Positions 27,182-36,561 of a DNA stretch of 64,000 bases are shown here, piece by piece (the first letter of the stretch is position 1; each line of letters opens with the position of its first letter). Below the pieces are notes generated by a model, which did no database searches, had not been told where the DNA came from, and saw only the letters and a program-made list of their open reading frames with translations. Made by a program: the position numbers and the translations under genes. Source of the DNA: a virus (taxonomy: Duplodnaviria; Heunggongvirae; Uroviricota; Caudoviricetes); the IMG/VR virus record IMGVR_UViG_2974578479_000001, positions 1-64,000 of that record. The stretch is one strand, 5' to 3'.

Positions 27182-27488
27182 ATTCAAAGATGGTGCTCCA
27201 AAATACATATGGCTCGGTAATCGAGGATTTCCTAACAAACATGAAGTACTGACATGGCATGATGAATCGATAATCCGAGTTAGTGATGCTCCTAGTTATC
27301 GTGGTGCATTGGAGAGAATTTATACCTTTAGTAAGCTTACTAACAATGAAACAGAAACTGCAAAATACGAATTCGCATTATGTCATTACTTAGATGATGA
27401 AGATGAGGACACGTTTTATCTTTTATTACAACCATTCAGTGAGTGGCATAAAATGATTGATATGGACAATAAAGATGAAACAACATAA
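27165..27488 (+). CDS. hypothetical protein (107 aa)
   Basis: overlapping start. Confidence 0.45.
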   Translation: MKRKIKFKDGAPKYIWLGNRGFPNKHEVLTWHDESIIRVSDAPSYRGALERIYTFSKLTNNETETAKYEFALCHYLDDEDEDTFYLLLQPFSEWHKMIDMDNKDETT

Positions 27489-27532
27489 TTTTTTTTGGTA
27501 TAATATACGCACCTAAACATGAGGTATAAACA

Positions 27533-27928
27533 ATGAACAAAACGCATTCAACATCACTAAAAGCTATTACTGGTGTAATACTAATTAACAAAGACGGTGA
27601 AGATCATTTGTACTGCATTGATGATATGCAGCATACAAAGCACTTTACTATTGGTCAAATTTTCAATGCAGTACGAGTACTGTATGGTAAAGAAGTACAT
27701 GAGTACGGTAAATTATGGCCTCACTATAAAGTTGATGAGGTAGTTTCGAATGATTGGAAAGCAATTCAGTCAGCAATGGAAAGTTGCACATCAGATTATG
27801 ATTTCCTAGTTGAAGCATGTAAACAGCTTAACGAGGAAGTACCTGAGATTGTACCACGAGATAAAGTACAACAACGTTTAGAAATGTATAAAGAGACAGT
27901 AATTAAGATTGCATCTCAAGCACAATAA
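27533..27928 (+). CDS. hypothetical protein (131 aa)
   Basis: SD catgaggtataaaca. Confidence 0.5.
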   Translation: MNKTHSTSLKAITGVILINKDGEDHLYCIDDMQHTKHFTIGQIFNAVRVLYGKEVHEYGKLWPHYKVDEVVSNDWKAIQSAMESCTSDYDFLVEACKQLNEEVPEIVPRDKVQQRLEMYKETVIKIASQAQ

Positions 27929-27949
27929 TTTATTATAAAGGAATATAAT

Positions 27950-28300
27950 ATGTCAAATGGAAGCGACAACAAATTCAATATGTTCGATGGTCTAGATGTA
28001 GAAAAAACTCGTAAAGTTCTTCACGATGAAGACCATGAAACAAGTACTGGTGAAGTATCTGAAGTACCTGATGAAATTGTAAGTATTACAATGAAGACAG
28101 ATACTCGTAAGAAATATGCAGCAGCAGTTGTTGCACGTTCGCAGGAAGAATATGACACATATGTTATTGGTCATTATTTCGAAACACTAATTCATCCAGA
28201 AACTAAGCAAGAGTACCAAGTTAAAGTTACTGTACTTAAACCTGAAGTTAATCCAATGGAATTAATGCGTCCTGCATACGCTTACAGTACTAATCACTAA
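27950..28300 (+). CDS. hypothetical protein (116 aa)
   Basis: SD aaaggaatataat. Confidence 0.5.
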   Translation: MSNGSDNKFNMFDGLDVEKTRKVLHDEDHETSTGEVSEVPDEIVSITMKTDTRKKYAAAVVARSQEEYDTYVIGHYFETLIHPETKQEYQVKVTVLKPEVNPMELMRPAYAYSTNH

Positions 28301-28309
28301 TAATAAAAA

Positions 28310-28330
28310 AGGGGCTATATGCCCCTTTTC
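28310..28330 (+). terminator. rho-independent terminator (aggggctatatgcccct plus tttt)
   Basis: hairpin plus T-tract. Confidence 0.7.
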
Positions 28331-28345
28331 GCATAGGAAAAATAA

Positions 28346-28681
28346 ATGAGTACAGGTCAAATTGTTACGTTAGCTTATATGCTGGTAGGTATTGTAGTAA
28401 GTTTATACATTGTATTATCGTATATTCGTGGTGTATTTGAGTACATAAAACAGTTATATACGGCTAGGTATGTAAAACCAAGGGAAATTAAAATACAATT
28501 CGGCAATAGTTTACATAGTACAAATTATGAACATTGGACAATTGTAATAGGAATTTCATTTCTACTAACTATTATGCATATTTTTTGTGCATTATTTATA
28601 TGGCCTGTATTCTCTGTGTGGTTGATTAGTTATACGATACGTGTGGCACGAGAAAAGAACTTTGGTTCTGGAGATTATTAA
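28346..28681 (+). CDS. hypothetical membrane protein (111 aa)
   Basis: two or three TM helices. Confidence 0.5.
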   Translation: MSTGQIVTLAYMLVGIVVSLYIVLSYIRGVFEYIKQLYTARYVKPREIKIQFGNSLHSTNYEHWTIVIGISFLLTIMHIFCALFIWPVFSVWLISYTIRVAREKNFGSGDY

Positions 28682-29454
28682 TGTTATCAATTAAAGATTT
28701 AATAACATGTCAACGTACTTGGGATGATAAAATAAGAACAATCGCAAACATGATTGATCCTAAGTTACTATCCATTTTATCATATGAAGACATATTCAAT
28801 GACAAGTACAAGGATGATACTCTACAAGAAAAATATACAGAAATAGTTTATCCATTAATTGTAGAGTATAAAAAAGAATTTAAAGAATTAAGAGACAAAT
28901 ATCTATTGGATTATATTAATGATATGGGTAATGTACTTGATTCATTGGGCTATTATGTGGATTCAGGTGAAGAAGCAGGTAATGTACTTGATTCAATTAC
29001 TAATGATTTCATTCCATGTGTTGAAATTGAACATGTATGGAATTATGTATACAATGAACTTCAGATAGATATTCATCGACCGTTTTGGGTAAGAAGTGGA
29101 TACAGTTTAGTTGGTAATAATGAATATGTATCAGTAGAGAGTAATAGTTCTCCATCAAAATTCATTGAATACAATAGAAATAAATTTAATAGAAGTTATG
29201 GTGAAAAGCGAATAGATATATTTAAAAGATCGGTACGTCAGGCTGATGAACTATTTGATTATGATATTCATATTCAACCTCTTTCTAAATTCGAAGATGA
29301 TAAATTACCTAACAATTATAATGATGCAGTACGTAGGCATTTAATTTTACGTCATGCATTAGAAAATCAAAATTTAATAGAAGACAATGCACATTACATA
29401 TCAAAGATTACAGAAGAAGGTGAAGTGCAGTTCTTGGTAACGGGATATTTTTAA
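28681..29454 (+). CDS. hypothetical protein (257 aa)
   Basis: TAATG coupling. Confidence 0.5.
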   Translation: MLSIKDLITCQRTWDDKIRTIANMIDPKLLSILSYEDIFNDKYKDDTLQEKYTEIVYPLIVEYKKEFKELRDKYLLDYINDMGNVLDSLGYYVDSGEEAGNVLDSITNDFIPCVEIEHVWNYVYNELQIDIHRPFWVRSGYSLVGNNEYVSVESNSSPSKFIEYNRNKFNRSYGEKRIDIFKRSVRQADELFDYDIHIQPLSKFEDDKLPNNYNDAVRRHLILRHALENQNLIEDNAHYISKITEEGEVQFLVTGYF

Positions 29455-30239
29455 TGTTTTTAAAATTCTTTTTAACACTCAATAATTCAACAGGTAGATT
29501 GGTTGGTGGAAATTCAGGAAAAAATAAATTACTAGTTAGTACTCATAACGATCACAAAAAGGAACGGCATGAGACTATAACATTTAACAATGTACTAGAT
29601 TCATTCATGCGTTCCATTGATAATCCTACTCGTTTCGACTTCGGTCTTAATCAGACTAGAGAAATATTAATCAACATTTCTGATGAAGCAATGTTCCAAT
29701 TAGAAACATTATCTGTACCAGAAAATTGTTATTGTACCTATAATTTAAATACTAAGTTAATTGGATTTGGTAACAATATGGCTGAAGCAGAAGAAGCGAC
29801 ACAGGAAGATAATTTTGGATGGGGATACAAATCTAAAAGTTCTAATAATGATTTATTCTTTAATTATTTTGTTGAGATGCCAACAGTACTACCTTATAAA
29901 TTTACTGTACCTGATGTATTTTATGAGCAAGTACTTCAAGAACTGAAACCATATATTGTTAATGAAAAACTTCATATATTCAAAGGATTCAGTGATTTTG
30001 TACTAAAGAGCAGTAAAGAAATAACTGAGTATTTTGATAATTATTATACTGAAGTTTATGATGAATCTAAGATACGTTCATTATCACCATTTAAGAAGTC
30101 CGAGATGCGTAAAGTGATTGAATGGTTCATGGAGGATGATATTGACATTGTAGCCAATAAAGAATCCTTAGCTATTGAGTATGGTACTATAGGTATTTTG
30201 TGTAGAAAAATAATGAATGTTTCGGGTGAAACGTTCTAA
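29454..30239 (+). CDS. hypothetical protein (261 aa)
   Basis: coupled. Confidence 0.5.
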   Translation: MFLKFFLTLNNSTGRLVGGNSGKNKLLVSTHNDHKKERHETITFNNVLDSFMRSIDNPTRFDFGLNQTREILINISDEAMFQLETLSVPENCYCTYNLNTKLIGFGNNMAEAEEATQEDNFGWGYKSKSSNNDLFFNYFVEMPTVLPYKFTVPDVFYEQVLQELKPYIVNEKLHIFKGFSDFVLKSSKEITEYFDNYYTEVYDESKIRSLSPFKKSEMRKVIEWFMEDDIDIVANKESLAIEYGTIGILCRKIMNVSGETF

Positions 30240-30259
30240 AAAAATGTGTTATAATATAT

Positions 30260-30287
30260 AGGACAGCAAGATAAGCTGTCCTTTTTT
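30260..30287 (+). terminator. rho-independent terminator (ggacagc-aagataa-gctgtcc plus tttttt)
   Basis: hairpin plus T-tract. Confidence 0.75.
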
Positions 30288-30289
30288 AA

Positions 30290-30935
30290 TTGAGAAAAAC
30301 TCTGAATGGCCTTGTTAAACAAGGAAGTTTTAACCCTGATCCTATCGAAAAGTAGATGGCAGATGAGTAGATCATTCAGTACGAACAGCAAAAGAAACCC
30401 GTTAGAAGTACGTGCAGTCAATCAAATGCGACATAAGACACTGAGATCACGGCAATGCGGCTGTATAAAGCATGACAGTACTACATAAGTTCATGCCTAG
30501 ATAGACATATAGGATCGCACCTACCTAATGTATAAGGGAGTCAAAAAAATGCGATTGATTTATTACAATATAGATCCGTCCAGAATTTGACAAGTACTGA
30601 AGCTGTTCATGTAGCTTTTGTACTAAGTGTAGTAAGACTACGACCGTTGTATAGAACCGCGATAGGGAGAAACCGGACAACCCGCTTCCGCTCAATTAAG
30701 AAATTCGTGACATGAAATTGCTATGACTATCATCGTCAGTTTTATTCTTCCCTCCCGATGGGGGGATGAAAATGCATCAACAAATCTCGTCAGTACTATT
30801 AAGTAAGTAACTATAAAATGTAAATTCAGAATGAACGTAGTGCTAACGAAGTTCAGAATGAATTTACTGGAACATCGCAAGATGTTCCTTGTATAATGAG
30901 AATCAGCAAAGTACTGATTCTATGTAAAGTGAGAT
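30290..30935 (+). other. ~650-bp ORF-free, hairpin-rich region (candidate ncRNA or decayed locus)
   Basis: no ORF above 60 aa with an SD; hairpins at ~30745 and 30815-30905; promoter TTGTATAAT at ~30890. Confidence 0.35.
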
Positions 30936-30939
30936 GTAA

Positions 30940-31467
30940 ATGAAAGTTGTATACAAATGCAAAAATACGGACACAGTACTTGATTCCGTAGATATGAGTA
31001 CGTTTAATGGTTATATTATTCAAGTGGAGAAAGGAAACAAAATCAGCAATATTACAGAGGTTTATAAGAATGTAGTACTTGCTAAGATTAGTTTACGTCC
31101 CTCCAAAACACCACTCATACACAAAGTTGAATACAATGGTCATATAGAATACCGTTACAATAACAACAATGTTAGTAGTGTTTATTATGAATTTAATGAT
31201 AAAAAATATGGAGAGTACTTAAAATTTGATTTGAATGGAATACTTTTGGATAGGATTTTCTATTACGAAGGAAAGGATGTAACTTCAGATATAATTCAAT
31301 TTCTTGGTTACACTGATGATTTATCTTCATTTAAGAATTATGAATTTAAAGAAGATGAACTGTTTAACATCATGATGAAGTACGGTTTTTATTTTAGATT
31401 TCGCAATGAATCGGAACGGGATAGTTCTGAATTTGACCGTATCACAGAGTACTGTCAACACATATAA
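30940..31467 (+). CDS. hypothetical protein (175 aa)
   Basis: SD aagtgagatgtaa. Confidence 0.5.
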   Translation: MKVVYKCKNTDTVLDSVDMSTFNGYIIQVEKGNKISNITEVYKNVVLAKISLRPSKTPLIHKVEYNGHIEYRYNNNNVSSVYYEFNDKKYGEYLKFDLNGILLDRIFYYEGKDVTSDIIQFLGYTDDLSSFKNYEFKEDELFNIMMKYGFYFRFRNESERDSSEFDRITEYCQHI

Positions 31468-31475
31468 GGAAATAT

Positions 31476-32015
31476 ATGGAAGATAATGAAAAACAACAAT
31501 CAGTACATTTTAGTTCTGCATCTAATACATGGGATACTCCTGATGAATTTTATCAGAAACTAAATGCTGTTTGGAATTTCACATTAGATCCTGCTGCAAT
31601 GGCAGAAACAGCTAAATGTGAAAAGTACTATACACCTGAAACTGATGGATTAGCTCACTCATGGAGTGGTGAAACTGTTTGGTGTAATCCCCCTTATGGT
31701 CGTGAAATAAAGAAATGGTTTAAAAAGTTCGATGAAGAATTCAAAGAAAATGGAACTACTATTATTGCATTACCACCAGCAAGAACAGATACTTTGTACT
31801 TTCACAAGTACGTACAAGAATCAGCAACAGCAATATGCTTTGTAAAAGGCCGATTAAAATTTGACAATAGAAATCTTCCTTCATGGACAGAAGACGGTTC
31901 TCATAAAAAATCTGGTGCACCTTTTCCTAGTATGCTTGTTATATATGATAATGATTTAACAGACGATAAAATTAAAGTACTACAAGAATTAGGTTTCGTA
32001 GTGCGTCCTTGGTAA
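31476..32015 (+). CDS. dam: phage-type DNA N6-adenine methyltransferase (Dam; T1/P1-prophage type)
   Basis: W.TP..F...N..W.FTLDPAA...AKC..Y ... CNPPYG ... RTDT.YFH ... KGRLKF all present. Confidence 0.85.
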   Translation: MEDNEKQQSVHFSSASNTWDTPDEFYQKLNAVWNFTLDPAAMAETAKCEKYYTPETDGLAHSWSGETVWCNPPYGREIKKWFKKFDEEFKENGTTIIALPPARTDTLYFHKYVQESATAICFVKGRLKFDNRNLPSWTEDGSHKKSGAPFPSMLVIYDNDLTDDKIKVLQELGFVVRPW

Positions 32016-32021
32016 TTACTT

Positions 32022-32573
32022 ATGAATAAAACTTGTATAATGATGTATGGGAGAATGAATCCAGTACATTTAGGTCATGGCTTATTATTTGATGTATGTT
32101 TAAGTACCATGAATCAAATACCAAATTCTGAAATACGAATTTACATGAGCACTACTGTAGATAGTATAAGTAATCCTATTCCTCATTGTTTTAAAATGAA
32201 TATGGTTCAAGATTACTTTCCAAGTATTTTTCCTTATATGCAACAGGCACAAGAAGGAACATTATTTGGTACATTAGAAAAGATAGATACTGAGTTTGAT
32301 AATTTAGTACTAGTATGTGGTGAAGATAGATATGAACATTTTAATAATGTACTTCACAAATATAATGGTACTTTATATGAATTTGATGAATTATCTGTTC
32401 GCACTTATGGTGGTCCTCGTGAGTATAATAAGTACAGTGCTACAAATTTGAGACAGGCTATACGAGATAATAATTACAAGGAATTTTGTACCTTCTTGCC
32501 TAATAGGGGTGAAGCTATGAATGAGAAGTACTACGAAATTATTTCTCATTTTATGGGAGTAAACAACTATTGA
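32022..32573 (+). CDS. HxGH nucleotidyltransferase, NMNAT/cytidylyltransferase-like
   Basis: GRMNPVHLGH matches the GRFQPxHxGH NMNAT signature; 183 aa. Confidence 0.55.
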   Translation: MNKTCIMMYGRMNPVHLGHGLLFDVCLSTMNQIPNSEIRIYMSTTVDSISNPIPHCFKMNMVQDYFPSIFPYMQQAQEGTLFGTLEKIDTEFDNLVLVCGEDRYEHFNNVLHKYNGTLYEFDELSVRTYGGPREYNKYSATNLRQAIRDNNYKEFCTFLPNRGEAMNEKYYEIISHFMGVNNY

Positions 32574-32854
32574 TGCTTTATAAATTGAATCAAATGTTTT
32601 GGGATGAGAATGAAAGTACTGGTTATAGGCATGTTAGTGTTGAATATAATGGTCGTGTACTAATGGCTGTAACCGCCCACAACGTGTCAAAGGTGTGGTC
32701 ATCTAGGATTATTCCAATGGGATTTTCATTTGAACTGGATGAGGTAGAAGCGTTTTCAGGACTATTTGAAGTACTTCCTTCGTTGATGAAATTCATGTGT
32801 ACTGAATCATTAAGTTCAGAAGAAATGCAGAATTTTCTCTTGACAATCCAGTAA
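32570..32854 (+). CDS. hypothetical protein (94 aa)
   Basis: ATGA coupling. Confidence 0.45.
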   Translation: MMLYKLNQMFWDENESTGYRHVSVEYNGRVLMAVTAHNVSKVWSSRIIPMGFSFELDEVEAFSGLFEVLPSLMKFMCTESLSSEEMQNFLLTIQ

Positions 32855-32900
32855 AAGTATTATACAATCTATGAACAACAAAAATTAAGAAGGTAAATGA

Positions 32901-33482
32901 ATGAGCAGTTTAATGACCAAAACTTTTGCTAAGTACTTGCGTTTAGGAATCACACCTAGACCAGTTCGTGGTAATTGGAAAGATGGCGATTACATGTATA
33001 GCATCTATCATGGTGATGTTCAGTACGCCATTGATGATACTGGAGACTATGAGATTGACCACGATGTTGATTATATCTTAGATTGTTTACAATCTAGAGC
33101 AACAATTATTGATCGTAATCACAAATTGATTAGTGAAATCTATGAGCATCTAATGGGTGTACTAGACACTGATATTTGGGTACGAGTTGGTGTAGGTATG
33201 CAGCTTAATGTTGTTTTTGGTTCAGTGGATGGAGAAATTGCTACGTTCATGATGGACTTTGAAGATATGGAAGCATTCAATAAGTTAGTTGAAGAAATCA
33301 AAGCTCAAATCTTGGAAGAAACAAATAAAGAACCGATAGTTGAACAATCAGACTATTTTACTTTAATCTTACATAACCGTGTGGATATTAAATTGTTCAA
33401 AGGTTACTATAACCCAAAAGTTCGTATCCATTTTATGGATGAGTTCGAAGATGATGACGGAGATGATGATGAAGAAGACTGA
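32901..33482 (+). CDS. hypothetical protein with acidic C-terminal tail (193 aa)
   Basis: SD aagaaggtaaatga. Confidence 0.5.
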   Translation: MSSLMTKTFAKYLRLGITPRPVRGNWKDGDYMYSIYHGDVQYAIDDTGDYEIDHDVDYILDCLQSRATIIDRNHKLISEIYEHLMGVLDTDIWVRVGVGMQLNVVFGSVDGEIATFMMDFEDMEAFNKLVEEIKAQILEETNKEPIVEQSDYFTLILHNRVDIKLFKGYYNPKVRIHFMDEFEDDDGDDDEED

Positions 33483-34167
33483 TTACACAAAATTACGTAC
33501 TAAGATCCTTGGAATTATTGAGGGTCTAACGATGTTTGATAGTAAGTACTTTAACGTTCGCCGTGCCTTAGTGTATGCAGAACATGTACATTGCAATCAA
33601 CGCCGAGATGGTACTCCTGAATTTTCACATCAACTTGAAATGCTTTCTCTAGCATTGAGTTTGCATAACTCTCTATTGAAACCATATGAAGTTTATATGG
33701 CTATTATCATTCATGATACAATTGAGGATTATCCACATACTCAACCAGAACTGGCTCAGATGTTTCCTGATGTAGTTAATTATAGTCGAATCTTATCTAA
33801 ATTTAATGATTCAGATTTAAGCACGTACTATAATTATTTTGCACAAATTGCAGCATGTGAAGTGTGTTCTGTTGTAAAATTGATTGACCGTATTCATAAT
33901 CTTAGTACTGCACCTGGTGTATTCAGCACTGCAAAGATTGGAGAGTACTGTGACGAGGTAGATATGTATTTCCTTAGTATGATGCATATTGCAAAAAGTA
34001 ATTTCAATCAACGAGAAGTATATGAAGTACTTAAATTTATTCTTCAAAATGAAGTCCGTACTATTCGTGCATTTTTACGTTTAGCGGAAGCAAAGGAAGA
34101 AGAAGAACGTAAGACAGTCAGTGCATCTGAATTAGTCCAACGTCTAAAAAGGAATGAACGAAAATGA
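33469..34167 (+). CDS. RelA/SpoT-family HD hydrolase (small alarmone hydrolase, Mesh1-like)
   Basis: H..H......G.P...H, IIHDTIED, VVKLIDRIHNL match the SpoT (p)ppGpp-hydrolase HD motifs; start is one of three ATGs at 33463-33469. Confidence 0.7.
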   Translation: MKKTDYTKLRTKILGIIEGLTMFDSKYFNVRRALVYAEHVHCNQRRDGTPEFSHQLEMLSLALSLHNSLLKPYEVYMAIIIHDTIEDYPHTQPELAQMFPDVVNYSRILSKFNDSDLSTYYNYFAQIAACEVCSVVKLIDRIHNLSTAPGVFSTAKIGEYCDEVDMYFLSMMHIAKSNFNQREVYEVLKFILQNEVRTIRAFLRLAEAKEEEERKTVSASELVQRLKRNERK

Positions 34168-35219
34168 GTTTTGAAAAACAACGTAATATTATTACACGTA
34201 CACTAGGCGAAGATAATATTCGCCTTTTAACTACCACTAAAGCTATTTTAGCAGGTGGTGCAATAACTTCTATCTTTAGTGGGAAAGACATTAATGATTT
34301 TGACATTTACTTTCGTAGAATAGAAGATTTAATTACATTTATTCGTAATGCTTATTGTGATGAAGATAATCTATCTGATGAAGAATTTGTAGATTTAGCA
34401 CCATTTTCATTAATATGTACAAGCTATACTAATCGTAGTATTACTTTTAATGTTGATGAATTAAAGATTCAATTAATTCATTTTGATTATTTTGATTCTA
34501 TTCAGAAAATTTTTGATAGTTATGATTTCCATCATAACATGGGAGCATATGATTTCAGTACTTCAGAGTTTGTTCTGGATGAGCATTTCTTAACAGATAT
34601 TGCAGAACGTAGACTTACTTTTAATGCAGGTACTAAGTACCCAATTATGAGTACTTTGCGTGTTTCCAAATATGTTGATCGTGGATATAAGATTTCTAAG
34701 AAGGAAATGTTCAAGATTGCACTAGCAGTTGCTAAACTAAACATTGAATCATGGGAAGAATTAGAAGATCAGCTAAGTGGTTTTTATGGAATTGATGTTC
34801 GTAAAATGTTTGATAAGACGCAAGAATTTAGTATTGATACTGCTATTGAAATGCTAGATTTAGTTGAAGAATTACCAGAGCAAAGTACTGATATTCATCC
34901 TACATTGAAAGATCTTCTATTTAATATTGAAGGTTCTCCGATTAAAGATCAACGTATCTTTTTCAAACAAGTACAAGATAACGGGATAAATTTTGTGTCT
35001 TTACATAGTGGAACTGAAACATTTGGTACAGATCAAATAACCGCATGTGATGGGATGGCAGTATATTGTACTTTTGAAGAAGCGAACAGTACATATTTCT
35101 TCAGAAAAAATTTCCATATTGCTATTTTGCAATTAGTGGAAGGTGAAGTTGAAATGAAGGGTGATAGTCTAGTACTTACTGGTGCAGTAAAACTTTTGGG
35201 AACAAAGGAGCCAACTTAA
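34164..35219 (+). CDS. nucleotidyltransferase, CCA-adding/poly(A)-polymerase-like head motif
   Basis: LAGGAITSIFSGKDINDFDIYF is GGAx(n)DxD as in class II tRNA nucleotidyltransferases; 351 aa. Confidence 0.45.
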   Translation: MSFEKQRNIITRTLGEDNIRLLTTTKAILAGGAITSIFSGKDINDFDIYFRRIEDLITFIRNAYCDEDNLSDEEFVDLAPFSLICTSYTNRSITFNVDELKIQLIHFDYFDSIQKIFDSYDFHHNMGAYDFSTSEFVLDEHFLTDIAERRLTFNAGTKYPIMSTLRVSKYVDRGYKISKKEMFKIALAVAKLNIESWEELEDQLSGFYGIDVRKMFDKTQEFSIDTAIEMLDLVEELPEQSTDIHPTLKDLLFNIEGSPIKDQRIFFKQVQDNGINFVSLHSGTETFGTDQITACDGMAVYCTFEEANSTYFFRKNFHIAILQLVEGEVEMKGDSLVLTGAVKLLGTKEPT

Positions 35220-35427
35220 TGTGGTACTTAGAAGTTTGTCAAGATAATTCAGAAACATCGTATGAAACGGTGTTTACTGGATTATATAATACAAAGAAAG
35301 AAGCAGAGGATGAAGGAGCTACTTGGTTTAGGGGTTTAAAGATTATTAAATTCGTACCAATTAGGTCTGAAACCAAAACAGTTTAAGGGAGTAATGTAGC
35401 AAGTTTATTCACAAGGAGTGTGGAGCG

Positions 35428-36159
35428 ATGGTAGATCGTATTAAATTTGCAACTGAAATGGCGAACGAGTTGAACATGGCTAATTTTCAGTCTTTAACAT
35501 CCGTAATGGCAGAATACGCAACTGCTGGTGCGGTAGATGGTGTTCAATGTGGTCAAGCTAATATGTTAGCTGATGTATATAGTACTTTAAGTAGTACACA
35601 ATATTCAGTAAAAACATATAAGGATGACTTTGTTTCGTTATATATGAACGGTGTAGTTCAAGAAGAACGTAGATATACTGATCCAATTATTGAACGTAGA
35701 GTAGCGGGTGTTTCTGATCCTAATGGAGAACCGCATATTGTACTTCAGGAAGTACTTCAAGATATTCGTGAGAATGAAGAAAAGAGTAAAGACTTTTACA
35801 GTGTGCAAAACACTGAGACTGTATTACTTGGATATAGTGAAGATGATCAATATTTCTATTTTAGATTGACCGAAATGCCATATGAATATGAACCTCCTGC
35901 TATAGTAGATGTAAAATACTTTACGGATCGTAGCAAGAACTTTAATAAACATGTTGGTAACCGTACATCAATTGTTGGTTTCAATGAAGATGGTATTCAG
36001 ATTTATGAATGGGTACATCCTAATAACCAAACATACACGAGATGTTTGAAGAAGCGTTATTGTTTAGAAGATGCTGATTCATTCTATTTCAAAATAGAAA
36101 AACAATCATATTCACGTCCTGATAATTCAGTACTAATGGGTATGGTTCATATTTGCTAA
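35428..36159 (+). CDS. hypothetical protein (243 aa)
   Basis: SD cacaaggagtgtggagcg. Confidence 0.5.
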   Translation: MVDRIKFATEMANELNMANFQSLTSVMAEYATAGAVDGVQCGQANMLADVYSTLSSTQYSVKTYKDDFVSLYMNGVVQEERRYTDPIIERRVAGVSDPNGEPHIVLQEVLQDIRENEEKSKDFYSVQNTETVLLGYSEDDQYFYFRLTEMPYEYEPPAIVDVKYFTDRSKNFNKHVGNRTSIVGFNEDGIQIYEWVHPNNQTYTRCLKKRYCLEDADSFYFKIEKQSYSRPDNSVLMGMVHIC

Positions 36160-36163
36160 CTAA

Positions 36164-36195
36164 AATGCCCTGATAGTATCGGGGCATTATTTTAT
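36164..36195 (+). terminator. terminator-like hairpin aatgccc...ggggcatt plus T-rich tail
   Basis: inverted repeat plus tattttat. Confidence 0.5.
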
Positions 36196-36206
36196 CTGGA
36201 ATATTC

Positions 36207-36500
36207 ATGATAGATTTAAACAAAACGGATTATGTAACTATACTAATAGAGGCAGCTAAAATTCTGGATGGAACTTTAGTACAAAAACCTACTGGTGAAG
36301 TAATTTATACATTAGAAACTGAAAAACCCAATAAAACATATACTTATAATGATTGGGGTAGATATGAAAAAGAATACGGAATGGTTTACTTGAAGCATGA
36401 AAATGGTGTATACTATTCTTATCCAAAGAATAAAATGTTAAAAGTTACGATTTACAAGTACGATTTACAAAAATATATTGACGAAACGTGCGAATATTGA
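36207..36500 (+). CDS. hypothetical protein (97 aa)
   Basis: ORF. Confidence 0.45.
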   Translation: MIDLNKTDYVTILIEAAKILDGTLVQKPTGEVIYTLETEKPNKTYTYNDWGRYEKEYGMVYLKHENGVYYSYPKNKMLKVTIYKYDLQKYIDETCEY

Positions 36501-36561
36501 TTGACATGGGCTGTCAATCGGTGATATGATGTGCATCTACTTAATTACGAGAGATAAAGAA

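Noticed and set aside
30290-30935. Group I intron or tRNA gene in the ORF-free region
   Set aside because: I could not find group I P/Q/R/S consensus elements, a tRNA T-loop (GGTTCGANTCC) or a cloverleaf. It is kept only as a generic ncRNA candidate.
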